Source: Pseudobdellovibrionaceae bacterium (GTDB lineage Bacteria > Bdellovibrionota > Bdellovibrionia > Bdellovibrionales > Bdellovibrionaceae). Taken from it: 64,000 nt of DNA. Shown here piece by piece: positions 38,030 through 47,303 of the stretch (positions within the stretch are counted from its first letter, which is position 1; each line of letters opens with the position of its first letter). The stretch spans positions 21,323-85,322 of the forward strand of contig JBDHWW010000008.1 in the NCBI GenBank assembly GCA_039810425.1. The letters run 5' to 3'. The notes below the pieces were generated by a model that made no database searches, had not been told where the DNA came from, and saw only the letters and a program-made list of their open reading frames with translations. Made by a program: the position numbers and the translations under genes.

Positions 38030-39595
38030 TTAGAAGACGGATTGGTTGCGGTATTGCATTAGGTGTGTGGCGATGGCGTTGGTTTCAAGGATTTGTTCGG
38101 CGACGCCGACCTCGATGGCTTTCTGTGGAGCGTATGGGAACTGCGCGTCCTCGGGATGCTGAACCACCGTCATGCCACCTTTGTTTTGAATCGACGTCAG
38201 CCCGTCGACGCCGTCGGCGCCAAAGCCTGCAAGCAGAATTCCGTAAACGCCGCCGCCATATGCTTGCGCCGCCGATTGGAATAGGACGTTTGCTGATGGC
38301 AGCTGCGAAGCCACCGGGATCCCTTTTTCGATTTTAAGCTGGGGGCCGTTGGTCGTTTGCACTACTTTGCCGTGATGACCTGCGGGAATAAAATAAACAT
38401 TCCCCATTCGCAACCACTCGCCGTCTTTTGCGGTGACTAAACTCACCTTTGTCTTAGATTTCATCTTCTGGAAGAAACTCTCGAGGAAATTTGTCACGAT
38501 ACTGCAAGCCACCACCACAGAAGGCGTATCCACCGCCAGGCCCTCGAGGATTTTCTCGAGCGCGGGCGCGCTTCCGGCATTCCCGCCCAACACCACGACT
38601 TTGAGCTCTGAAGATTTTTTCTTCGCTTTAAGTGGCGTTGGATTTGCATCGGCCACAGGCGCCGTTGCCGGTCTTTCTTTAATTTTCTTAAGCACGTTCA
38701 CAGAGGCGGCAGCGCGAACTTTCTCTACCAAAGTGCCGGCAAGATCTTTGAGGATCTGCGGATCAAACTGCGAGGGTTTATGAACAAACTCCACAGCACC
38801 AAGCTCCAAGGACTTCATTGCCGCTTCCCCAGTGCTCCCCAAAGAAGACACCATCACCACTGGAGTGGGCTGAAACTTCATAATTTTTTCTAAGAACATC
38901 ACGCCACTCATTCGTGGCATCTCGATATCTAATGTCAGCACATCGGGCTTTTTCGAAGCAATCAGCTCTCGAGCCTGATAAGCATCCGCGGCCGCGCCGA
39001 CAACTTCCAGCCCGCTACTCTGAAAGATCTTTGTGAAGAGCGTTCTAACCGTAGCCGAATCGTCCACAATCAAAACCTTAACGGCCTTCGCCACTTGCAA
39101 AGGTTTAAATCCTGAAACATCGACCGTTGATCCACTCGAGGCACTTTCGTTACTAAAACTATGCAGAACCTCAAAAGTAGCCGTGTTTAGCTTTAATGTA
39201 CGTCCGGATTCGCCACCGACATTTTTTTCGACGATGCGAATTCCTTTGGCACTTAAAAGTTCTTCTGCCACTTCGATATTTCTGCGGCCAATGCTCTCGC
39301 CAAGAGTAGATATCGCAATTACACTACCGCCGCCATAGACTTTTGCCTGCAAACGATTGAGCGAGGCCCCTAGGCACAACATCTCATCAATGAGCATCTC
39401 AATGGCCGCCTTTCCATAACGTGGATTCGCGACGTCATTCGGACCTAACTCCGGGAGCAGATAATGATTAAGCCCACCAATACGCATTTCGGGATCAAAC
39501 AATGCCACCGCAACACAAGAACCCAACAGGGTTGAAATCTGCGTTTCTTCTTTAAAGGCCGCAAGTTTTCCCGGAAAAAGATAGTGCTTATTCAT
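38030..39595 (-). CDS. CheD-receiver-CheB-like fusion protein
   Basis: N-terminal CheD 'TLLGSCVAV..GGLNHYLLP...RYG...IGRRN...VGG.SGR'; REC 'VDDS...LDIEMPRMSG...KP'; degenerate methylesterase domain. Confidence 0.85.
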   Translation of the reverse strand: MNKHYLFPGKLAAFKEETQISTLLGSCVAVALFDPEMRIGGLNHYLLPELGPNDVANPRYGKAAIEMLIDEMLCLGASLNRLQAKVYGGGSVIAISTLGESIGRRNIEVAEELLSAKGIRIVEKNVGGESGRTLKLNTATFEVLHSFSNESASSGSTVDVSGFKPLQVAKAVKVLIVDDSATVRTLFTKIFQSSGLEVVGAAADAYQARELIASKKPDVLTLDIEMPRMSGVMFLEKIMKFQPTPVVMVSSLGSTGEAAMKSLELGAVEFVHKPSQFDPQILKDLAGTLVEKVRAAASVNVLKKIKERPATAPVADANPTPLKAKKKSSELKVVVLGGNAGSAPALEKILEGLAVDTPSVVVACSIVTNFLESFFQKMKSKTKVSLVTAKDGEWLRMGNVYFIPAGHHGKVVQTTNGPQLKIEKGIPVASQLPSANVLFQSAAQAYGGGVYGILLAGFGADGVDGLTSIQNKGGMTVVQHPEDAQFPYAPQKAIEVGVAEQILETNAIATHLMQYRNQSVF

Positions 39596-40355
39596 AATCT
39601 ACCAGCTTTTTAATATCCAAGAGCATCAGCGACTTTTCTTCACGGATGACGAATTGATCCACGACCGGAGAAAGCATGCTCGAGTCAGAGCATTTCTGAA
39701 ACTGCGATGATTCAAATTCTAAAACTTCTTCTGTCGCATTCACTTCAAGTGCAAAGAATGCTTCTTTATAGTCACATACCACGAAGTATGTTTTACGCCG
39801 TTCATCGCCCTTCTGGCGAGAAAAACCAAAATCACTCAAATTAACAACAGGAACCCCCTGCCCGCGGAATCCTATCAATCCACTAATTCCGGATTGGGGC
39901 ATTGGCAGCGGATAAATTTTTTTATTGTTTACGATCTCGATTACATTTCTTACCGGCACAAGAAAGTTATGCTCATCCTTCGTACATTGTAAATAGAGCT
40001 GAGCCGCCTCGGCCAAATGAATCCTGAAAACATTGTGATACTTTTCGAAAAAAATCGGAGAATCAGCGCGTGTTTTTAATACCTCTAGATATTCTAACAA
40101 GGCTCGAGAAACCCAGAGCGAGTCTTCTTTCGATGAAAGTCGCTCCGTGGCAATAGCGCCTTTGAGGATTTCTAATAAACCCGTAAAATGGTTCATATCA
40201 TTAGAGCGTGCCTCGGCAATCCAATCATCAACCGCCAACTTCACTTCTACGAAATAATTTTCATAACTCTTGAAACGATCCAAAGACTCCATCGTCGTTG
40301 TGATATAGTGTTGTCGCATTTCAAGCGTGAATTCATCTAATGCCAAGGCACTCAT
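39588..40355 (-). CDS. CheW-domain protein with N-terminal helical extension
   Basis: 'V.EIV....I.PLP.....I.GLI.FRG..VPVVNL'. Confidence 0.8.
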   Translation of the reverse strand: MSALALDEFTLEMRQHYITTTMESLDRFKSYENYFVEVKLAVDDWIAEARSNDMNHFTGLLEILKGAIATERLSSKEDSLWVSRALLEYLEVLKTRADSPIFFEKYHNVFRIHLAEAAQLYLQCTKDEHNFLVPVRNVIEIVNNKKIYPLPMPQSGISGLIGFRGQGVPVVNLSDFGFSRQKGDERRKTYFVVCDYKEAFFALEVNATEEVLEFESSQFQKCSDSSMLSPVVDQFVIREEKSLMLLDIKKLVDYE

Positions 40356-42073
40356 GCGACCTCCTTTTGCAATAAGGACTGCAACTCGGCAGAATCCACG
40401 ACGTATGCAATCTGCTCATCCGACAATATGGAATTCCCTTTAAAGCCGGGAGCCTTCTTCATAAGGCCGCTAAAGGCTTTAATCACCAAATCTGTCTGAT
40501 ACTCAATTTTCTCAACTAAAATAGCTAAATGAAAATCCTGGATCCGCAGGAATACCGCAGACATCTTTTTAACCTGATCCATACCGGTTATTTTTTTAAA
40601 CTGATAAATCTCGGCAAACGTCATTAAAAGCACTGTGCGGCCTTCATACTGACAAAAACGAAGGTCACCGACGTCAGTGACCTGCAGTTCCTCACACGAA
40701 CTGATGTGTGAAACCTCCGATAGTGGGAATGCCACAGACAACTCTCGCCAATGCGCCAACAAGCAGCGCTCCACCAAAAGTTTTTTCGGGACAGGGATAC
40801 GCAAATGAATTTCCGAACCTTCACCAGGAGTAGACTTTATTTCTATGTGGCCATGGTACTTGATCACGATATTGTGAACGACATCCATGCCCACCCCACG
40901 GCCAGACATGGTGGTGATTTTTTCTTTGGTCGAAAAGCCCGGGTGAAAAATAAAGCTAAAAATTTTTTCTTCTGGCATCTGTGAGGCTTCAAGCGCGTTG
41001 GTCAGGCCTTTTTCTAAAGCTCTTTGCAAAATACGCTCGCGATCCAAGCCTTTACCGTCGTCTTTTACGATGCAGTGGATGACAGACGACTTCTCTTCAA
41101 CCGAGATGCGCAGCAAACCTTGAGCGGACTTATTGGCTTCAATACGGGCTTCTGTTTTTTCAATACCGTGATCTAAGGAGTTCCGCACCATGTGCATCAA
41201 AGCTTTATACATGTCATGAGCAAGAACTTTGTCGACTTGCAATTCAAAGCCGATGTCCTCAAAACGGACTTCCTTCTTAAGCTCATACGCCGCCTGACGA
41301 ATCAGAGGGAAAAGACCCGAAAAAGCCTCTTTCAAAGGAACTTTCTGAGCCTTATCTAAAATTCCTTGAAACTGATCCGACAGCGTATTCAATGAGTGCG
41401 ATAACGAACTTTGCTTCTCTTGAAACTTTTGCACCGTCGCATTTTCTTGAGACTGAGTCAGTGTCTGGAATGAGTTCTTTAAAATAATAAAGTCACTCGA
41501 AAGCTGCATCAAAGAAGCCATCTGCTCTTTGGAAAGCCAGATACCATCTTTGTTTCTTGGTCCTTCATTCTCGGCCGCGCCCACAATGCCAACACGCTCC
41601 GACGCTGTCTCTATCGAAGTATTCAACTGGAAGGTCCCATACCGGGCGATCAACTCGATCGCCTCGCTAAGCTCTTCGGGATAAATTTCACGATGAGTGC
41701 GTAAGTTCTCAGCTAAGATTTTTAGAATCCGCGAGCTGTGCAAAAATATCTCAATGCATTCTTTGTTAGGGATGATCTTCTGCTTGCGCAAACGATCTAA
41801 CAAAGTTTCAAACTCATGCGACAACGAACCTAAAAGCTGCCCGCCGGGAACGGCCCCTACGCTGCCTTTAAGAGTGTGCACTTTGCGGAAAAGACCTTGT
41901 AAGAGAATTTCATCATGGGGATGAGACTCGAGACGAAGGATATGTTCGTCGAGATCTGAAAGGATCTCTTCGGATTCTTTGAAGAAAGCCTCAGAGACTA
42001 CTTGAACCTCGTTGAAATCGAAATCGAGTTCAATGATTTGCTGTGATTTATTGCCTTCTTCAGAATTCGACAT
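40352..42073 (-). CDS. cheA: Chemotaxis histidine kinase
   Basis: Hpt 'FRKVHTLKGS', 'HMVRNSLDHGIE', 'DDGKGL', 'PGFST....SGRGVGMDVV', C-terminal CheW domain. Confidence 0.93.
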   Translation of the reverse strand: MSNSEEGNKSQQIIELDFDFNEVQVVSEAFFKESEEILSDLDEHILRLESHPHDEILLQGLFRKVHTLKGSVGAVPGGQLLGSLSHEFETLLDRLRKQKIIPNKECIEIFLHSSRILKILAENLRTHREIYPEELSEAIELIARYGTFQLNTSIETASERVGIVGAAENEGPRNKDGIWLSKEQMASLMQLSSDFIILKNSFQTLTQSQENATVQKFQEKQSSLSHSLNTLSDQFQGILDKAQKVPLKEAFSGLFPLIRQAAYELKKEVRFEDIGFELQVDKVLAHDMYKALMHMVRNSLDHGIEKTEARIEANKSAQGLLRISVEEKSSVIHCIVKDDGKGLDRERILQRALEKGLTNALEASQMPEEKIFSFIFHPGFSTKEKITTMSGRGVGMDVVHNIVIKYHGHIEIKSTPGEGSEIHLRIPVPKKLLVERCLLAHWRELSVAFPLSEVSHISSCEELQVTDVGDLRFCQYEGRTVLLMTFAEIYQFKKITGMDQVKKMSAVFLRIQDFHLAILVEKIEYQTDLVIKAFSGLMKKAPGFKGNSILSDEQIAYVVDSAELQSLLQKEVA

Positions 42074-42108
42074 ACACCCTTGCGATCGACGTTAACCTGT
42101 TTGATAAA

Positions 42109-42135
42109 CTATCGGAATTACAAAAGGTTGCCTTA
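42109..42135 (-). promoter_or_regulatory. Sigma28 promoter (cheA operon)
   Basis: TAAGGCAA-N11-TCCGATAG, about 35 nt upstream of the ATG. Confidence 0.65.
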
Positions 42136-42199
42136 ACGATGGAAATGGCAAGTTAGTGAAATTTGACAGAACTGTCTAATAGAAGGGCTTGTAAACAAA

Positions 42200-42360
42200 C
42201 TTGAAAGTGGCGGGACGGCCTGGATCCTTTCGGCGTTTCAGCCGTCCGCCTGACAAAGTTGGCGAAGGTCTAGTACGGCTAAGAAGCCGCCACCTCCGCC
42301 TTGGTTATGTCATATGATTGAACCATAAGCACCACCTCCTTCCCAGCCACCAGAGTAGCT
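42200..42360 (-). ncRNA. Candidate structured small RNA / 15-aa micropeptide gene
   Basis: AAGGAGGT SD plus ORF 42326-42279 (MVQSYDITKAEVAAS); enclosing helix; GC-rich 3' hairpin 42209-42250; TAATAT -10-like box at 42368-42373. Confidence 0.4.
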
Positions 42361-42442
42361 TTACTTTATATTACCTTTTTACGAATTTCGTCGCTACAAG
42401 AAAGAAGTCTAGTTGTCAGTTCTCAATGTGAGACGTGTCGAT

Positions 42443-42838
42443 TTAAACGTCTAAATTCTTAATAATTTCAGCTTGGATTTTTTTCATCTCCGCTTCAGAG
42501 CGACGTTGCGCTCTTTTGAAATCGAGGTCTGGGATAGACCACGCTGGAATGAGATGCAGGTGATAGTGAGGCACTTCAAAGCCGGCAACAATTTGTCCCA
42601 CACGAGGACTGCCCGAAGCTTTCAGAATCGCTTTACCGATTTTCTGCGAGACAACGTGCAGCCTTGCATAGACATCTGTTGGGACTTCCGTCCAATGATT
42701 GATCTCTTGCTTACAGATAACGAGCGTATGACCAAGATTCACTTGATCCAACGCCAAGAAAGAAAAGATCTCATCATCTTCATAGATTTTATAGCAAGGC
42801 AGTTCGCCGCTGATAATTTTTGTGAATACAGACGCCAT
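42443..42838 (-). CDS. HIT-family nucleotide hydrolase
   Basis: 'SVFTKII.GELP', 'GHTLV', 'VPHYHLHLIP'. Confidence 0.9.
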   Translation of the reverse strand: MASVFTKIISGELPCYKIYEDDEIFSFLALDQVNLGHTLVICKQEINHWTEVPTDVYARLHVVSQKIGKAILKASGSPRVGQIVAGFEVPHYHLHLIPAWSIPDLDFKRAQRRSEAEMKKIQAEIIKNLDV

Positions 42839-42913
42839 GGTGTTCTCCTTGAAATCCCCACTATTATTCCCAGAAGGATATCAAGGATCAATACTTTACG
42901 CCCCAAACCACAA

Positions 42914-44458
42914 TCAAAGCGCTTTCATCGCACTGAGAATGTCGGTGTTCTGGCCATAGATATCATCGGTGAAGCGAATGATGTTATCACTGCTCAAGAA
43001 AGATGTCAGAAACGCCGTATAGACCGGTATAGGATTGGCAAGATTGATCTGAATCGATTTATCCGCCACCTCTCCTGGTTTCAAAGTCGAGGCTTCAATT
43101 TTTGCACGATCCCATTCCGTGCCTTTCAAAAGATACTCCGCCAGATCAAACGGCTTTTCCAGGCGGATGCAGCCAGAACTCAGCAGCCTCTGCGGCTCCC
43201 AGAAAAGATCCCTCTGATTCGTATCATGCAGATATACCGAGAAAGGGTTTGTCAGTTCGAACTTGATCACGCCCAATGCGTTCCAATAATTTGGCCTTTG
43301 ACGAATATAGATATCCGCATCCAAGCTCGCATCATAGGACCACCAGTCGATCGTGGTTGGATCTAAGCGGCGACTCATCTCTTTGTTCCAAACCTCATAG
43401 TTATGAGAGTCAAAGTAGTACTTGATCTGGTAGCGTGGCAGATTGCGGATTTCGGCCACTTTGTCTTCAATAAAAATCGTTGGAGGCACGATCCAAGAAG
43501 GATTTAGAATCACGCGCACGATTTTATCTTTCATCGTCGGGGATTTTCTTTCTTCGCGGCCGTTGATCGTACGGAAACTTGTGAGGTACGTCGGATTTTG
43601 CGTTTTGTCGACCAGCACAAAATACGTCATCGCCAAGTTGATGAAGATATACCGGTCTTCAAACTGACTCGGAAACCAACGCATCTTCTCCATATCTGCT
43701 TGCAATTGCCGGACCCGGTCCATGCAGCTGACAGTCAAGAACTTCGCCACCCTGCCGCCAGGGTGAATTGCACTATCAGGTTTGAGGTGTAAGTTCCACT
43801 CGATATCGTTGTTGGCCTTGATGGCTTCTTGGTCAAAGATATCGTCAAGCCTTGAAATGGGATAGCCCATCAATATCAGACGGCGTTTCAGAGATGGAAC
43901 AGCCGGATCTTTCACTCCGAGCTGAAGGACTTTGTTAATTTTTTCAATGGGTGCCCACTGTCCATTCGCACAAGCGGGATAGATCCTTAACAACGCCGTC
44001 CTTAGCGAGACATACGGAGAATTCTGAGGCGCCATCGACTCAATCAACAGATCCGCCCTCTGTCCCGTGGACACAACCACCGCCTGCAACTGCTGTGGCG
44101 TTAAGAACTTCTTTCGCTGGAATTTAATATCGCCTGTGAGAGCTTCAGGATCGACGGAGCCAACCGAAATATCGCTCAATAGGCGCAAGAAGTTCTGATT
44201 CACGCGCTCTTTCATCTTCACACGCTGATCCGGTCCCTTCATATAAGCCTTTTCCATGTCGCCAGTCCAATACTGCGCCGGATTCAGCCCATGCCTCCAG
44301 ACTTCGCTGAGGGCCGCCCTCATATCATCAAGAGGGAGCACATCAATCACCGTGTCATACTGGAGTTTGACTTCAGCCTTAAGCTCTTCATCGTAGTCGA
44401 GCGGCAAAGCATGAGCGGTTGGAGAGAGCAGCAACATCAGAGCAAGAAAGATTCCCAT
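42914..44458 (-). CDS. L,D-transpeptidase (YcbB/LdtD-like)
   Basis: Signal peptide; 'NPSWIVP', 'NALG.IKF', 'VYLHDT...SSGCIR'. Confidence 0.88.
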   Translation of the reverse strand: MGIFLALMLLLSPTAHALPLDYDEELKAEVKLQYDTVIDVLPLDDMRAALSEVWRHGLNPAQYWTGDMEKAYMKGPDQRVKMKERVNQNFLRLLSDISVGSVDPEALTGDIKFQRKKFLTPQQLQAVVVSTGQRADLLIESMAPQNSPYVSLRTALLRIYPACANGQWAPIEKINKVLQLGVKDPAVPSLKRRLILMGYPISRLDDIFDQEAIKANNDIEWNLHLKPDSAIHPGGRVAKFLTVSCMDRVRQLQADMEKMRWFPSQFEDRYIFINLAMTYFVLVDKTQNPTYLTSFRTINGREERKSPTMKDKIVRVILNPSWIVPPTIFIEDKVAEIRNLPRYQIKYYFDSHNYEVWNKEMSRRLDPTTIDWWSYDASLDADIYIRQRPNYWNALGVIKFELTNPFSVYLHDTNQRDLFWEPQRLLSSGCIRLEKPFDLAEYLLKGTEWDRAKIEASTLKPGEVADKSIQINLANPIPVYTAFLTSFLSSDNIIRFTDDIYGQNTDILSAMKAL

Positions 44459-44555
44459 AGCATCTCCTTAGATGTCTTAATTAAAAGAAATCCAATTCGC
44501 CCTCCTATGAAAACTTTAGAACGCAAAGAGAGAGATTCTGGAAGTTTTAAAGAAC

Positions 44556-44876
44556 CTATTTTGTCGTGGAAGGCGTCAGCGGTTGTTGATCAGGAGCCTG
44601 TGGAGCTTCGGCATCGATACGAATTGTGCCCACGGGTTTCTTTTTAAGAGTCTTGCGATGATAGGACGCTCCCCCGGGATCGACAGCGGTCACATCAGGA
44701 CCACCCATTGCACTATTCGGTCCCAAAACACCACCATCGTAAACCGGCCCCTGCTGTGTGGTTCCCGCAGAACCACCAGAGCCTGCTCGCAGGGTGTCTT
44801 CTGGTTGTGCCTGGACAAAAATGGAATTCAGAAAAACTGCAGACAGTACAATGAAAGCTTTGCGGAAGGAACTCAC
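44556..44876 (-). CDS. Small secreted hypothetical protein
   Basis: Signal peptide ending VQA; AAGGAGG before GTG. Confidence 0.55.
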   Translation of the reverse strand: MSSFRKAFIVLSAVFLNSIFVQAQPEDTLRAGSGGSAGTTQQGPVYDGGVLGPNSAMGGPDVTAVDPGGASYHRKTLKKKPVGTIRIDAEAPQAPDQQPLTPSTTK

Positions 44877-44992
44877 GGCATGCCTCCTTGTGGGTCGTAC
44901 ATCCCTAGAATAAAACCGTACGCCCTCAAAGCCCAGTGACGTTCAGACGAAAGCTAAGAAGATAGGATTTGATTTCCGCGAAACCCGAAATG

Positions 44993-45025
44993 AAAAAAAG
45001 GAAAACGTTTCCGTTTCCCTTTTTA
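44993..45025 (-). terminator. Terminator downstream of citrate synthase
   Basis: Stem GGAAAACG/CGTTTCCC flanked by A and T runs. Confidence 0.6.
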
Positions 45026-45049
45026 TAAACCTGTTTTCTTAGGCTGCAA

Positions 45050-46189
45050 CTAGCGTTGCGCTACGGGCTTCCAAGTAAGGCCTTCTTTACCAGCCCATTT
45101 ACCGCGAGGGCGGTAGATACGATTGTTAGCGTATTGTTCAAACGCATGAGCACACCAGCCCGAAATACGAGAAGCCGCGAAGATCGGCGTAAATAAATCA
45201 GTTGCGATTCCCATAGAGAAGTACACCGTCGCAGAATAGAAATCCACGTTCGGCATCAAGCCTTTTTCTTTGTACATGGTGTCGTCGATCAAAGTCGACA
45301 TTTCGTACATGTGGTGGATGCCAGCATCTTTGGTCAGTTTATCAGACATGCCACGCAAGATGCGGGCCCTTGGATCGCCGTTTTTATAAACGCGGTGCCC
45401 GATACCCATGACTTTTTCTTTTGCTGCCAAAGCATCTTTAACGAACTGCTGAGCTTTCTCCATGTTGCCGATTTTTTGCAACATCAAGATCACTTGCTCA
45501 TTCGCTCCGCCGTGCAACGGACCTTTCAAGGCGCCGATTGCCGAAACGACTGCCGAGTGCAAATCAGACAAAGAAGAAGCCGTCACGCGTGTTGCGAACG
45601 CAGAACAATTCAATTCGTGGTCCGCGTGCAAGATCAAGCAAGTATCCATCACTTTTACGTGATCTGTTTTTGGCTCCGCGCCACCACCCAACATGTACAT
45701 CATATTCCACGCGATGGATTTGTCTGTTTTAGGAGCTACGGGTTCCTTGCCTTTGCGGATGGCATCGAAGGCGCAAAGAAGAGTCCCCATTTTCGCCGTC
45801 AAACGCACTGATTTACGCAAATTTGCTTCTGGGGAGTTGTCGTTAGCATCCGAATCCCAGTGGGCCATCAAAGAAACAGCTGTGCGCAACCAACCCATCG
45901 GATGAACATCGGTTGGAATGCCTTTCAAAATTTTGATGAATTCCGGGCTCAAAGCCATCTCTTTGTGAAGATTCGCTGAGAATGCCGAAAGCTCGGAAGC
46001 ATTCGGAAGTTTGTCGTTCCAAAGAAGATAAGTTACTTCTTCGAAAGTCGAATTTGCGGCTAAGTCATCAATTGTGTAACCACGGAAATTCAAGTGATCG
46101 CCAACGATAAATGAAACTTTAGTAGTACAAGCTACTACGCCTTCCAGGCCCTTATCCAAGGCGCCTTCGTAAATAGTCACGTCTGCCAT
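45050..46189 (-). CDS. gltA: Citrate synthase
   Basis: 'KGLEGV', 'LHADHELNCS', 'GPLHGGAN', 'GIGHRVYK.GDPRA', 'PNVDFYS'; start at ATG 46189. Confidence 0.92.
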   Translation of the reverse strand: MADVTIYEGALDKGLEGVVACTTKVSFIVGDHLNFRGYTIDDLAANSTFEEVTYLLWNDKLPNASELSAFSANLHKEMALSPEFIKILKGIPTDVHPMGWLRTAVSLMAHWDSDANDNSPEANLRKSVRLTAKMGTLLCAFDAIRKGKEPVAPKTDKSIAWNMMYMLGGGAEPKTDHVKVMDTCLILHADHELNCSAFATRVTASSLSDLHSAVVSAIGALKGPLHGGANEQVILMLQKIGNMEKAQQFVKDALAAKEKVMGIGHRVYKNGDPRARILRGMSDKLTKDAGIHHMYEMSTLIDDTMYKEKGLMPNVDFYSATVYFSMGIATDLFTPIFAASRISGWCAHAFEQYANNRIYRPRGKWAGKEGLTWKPVAQR

Positions 46190-46265
46190 GAGTTGAGTGT
46201 CCTTTCTATAACCATCTATGTAAAACAATTCTTCTTATCAAAAATTTCGTAAACAAGTCACATAC

Positions 46266-47159
46266 TTAATTTTTTACAAGCTTAATGACTCGGTCTTTAA
46301 CTTCCATCGCAATCACCGTTTGATCCCTGAGAGGGGTCTGGCGGCCGGTGAATTTCTCGTTCTGATGGAGAATCTCATTGCGAAGCTCATGAACTCCCTG
46401 ACGTGGCGCCATACGAACCGCCTCACGCAGTCCCTCCCCGCCCCACATTTTATCTTGCGCACCTTGCGCCTGAGTCAATCCCTCAGTGGCAAGAATCAAG
46501 CGATCGCGCGGGTTTAGTTGCAGCTTCATACTATGTGGCTGCGTGTTAAAGCCCTTCGCAAACGCCGGCCCGCAAGACTCGAGGGTTTGCAGACTTTCCT
46601 GACCGTACACCTGCAAACAGGCCTCGACACGACCGACCCCGCAATAACTCAGCTCATATGAACGACGATCAATCACGCCATAGAAGACGCTGGCTTTGTC
46701 ATGGTTCTGAATATTCGGGACCAGCTCCTTTGCCAGGAGCTCAATCATCTTGTGAGGTTCAAGACCGCGGCGGGCCTCAATCTGAGAAGAAATCTTAATC
46801 AACACCGATAAAAAAAGCGCCGACATGGTATAGCCCGAAGCACTGGCGACCACGACACCAAATTTGAGCTTGTCCTCGTGCTCAAAAATATCGAAGTAGT
46901 CACCGCCATACCGATCCCCCGGCTGATACTTTGTGCTGCAATCAAAGCCGGCGATGTTTGGAAGCTGCGTTGGCGAAAGCATTTTCTGGATGAGTCCCGC
47001 CATGCGGATCTCTTCGGTGATTTGCCCGATCAGATTTTCCAAAGAAACATTGGCGCGGCCGAGTTCCTGACGATATTTCAGAAGTTCGCGGTCTTTTGCG
47101 ACAAGTTCCATTTCAAGTTCTTGAAGACGTTCTTTAAGCTGATCGATTTCTTTTCCCAT
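46266..47159 (-). CDS. SpoIIE/PP2C-like protein with N-terminal coiled coil (degenerate active site)
   Basis: 'A..IQ..L.P', 'GGDYFDI', 'L.P.DRLIL.TEGL', 'RDQT'. Confidence 0.75.
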   Translation of the reverse strand: MGKEIDQLKERLQELEMELVAKDRELLKYRQELGRANVSLENLIGQITEEIRMAGLIQKMLSPTQLPNIAGFDCSTKYQPGDRYGGDYFDIFEHEDKLKFGVVVASASGYTMSALFLSVLIKISSQIEARRGLEPHKMIELLAKELVPNIQNHDKASVFYGVIDRRSYELSYCGVGRVEACLQVYGQESLQTLESCGPAFAKGFNTQPHSMKLQLNPRDRLILATEGLTQAQGAQDKMWGGEGLREAVRMAPRQGVHELRNEILHQNEKFTGRQTPLRDQTVIAMEVKDRVIKLVKN

Positions 47160-47303
47160 CGCCCCTATCTTAGAACCGATTCCAGACCCGGCCAAGCACG
47201 GAAAATGACTATCGCGGAACCTGGAACATTTCCCGACTTTCGCCGGGTCTAGTTTTCAAAAAACATTCTTGAAATACCATCGCTACTTTTGTACAGTTTT
47301 TTC

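Noticed and set aside
42200..42360. tmRNA or 6S RNA identity for the structured element
   Set aside because: Too short for tmRNA and lacks tRNA-like ends; it is not a single long rod like 6S. Left as an unknown candidate.
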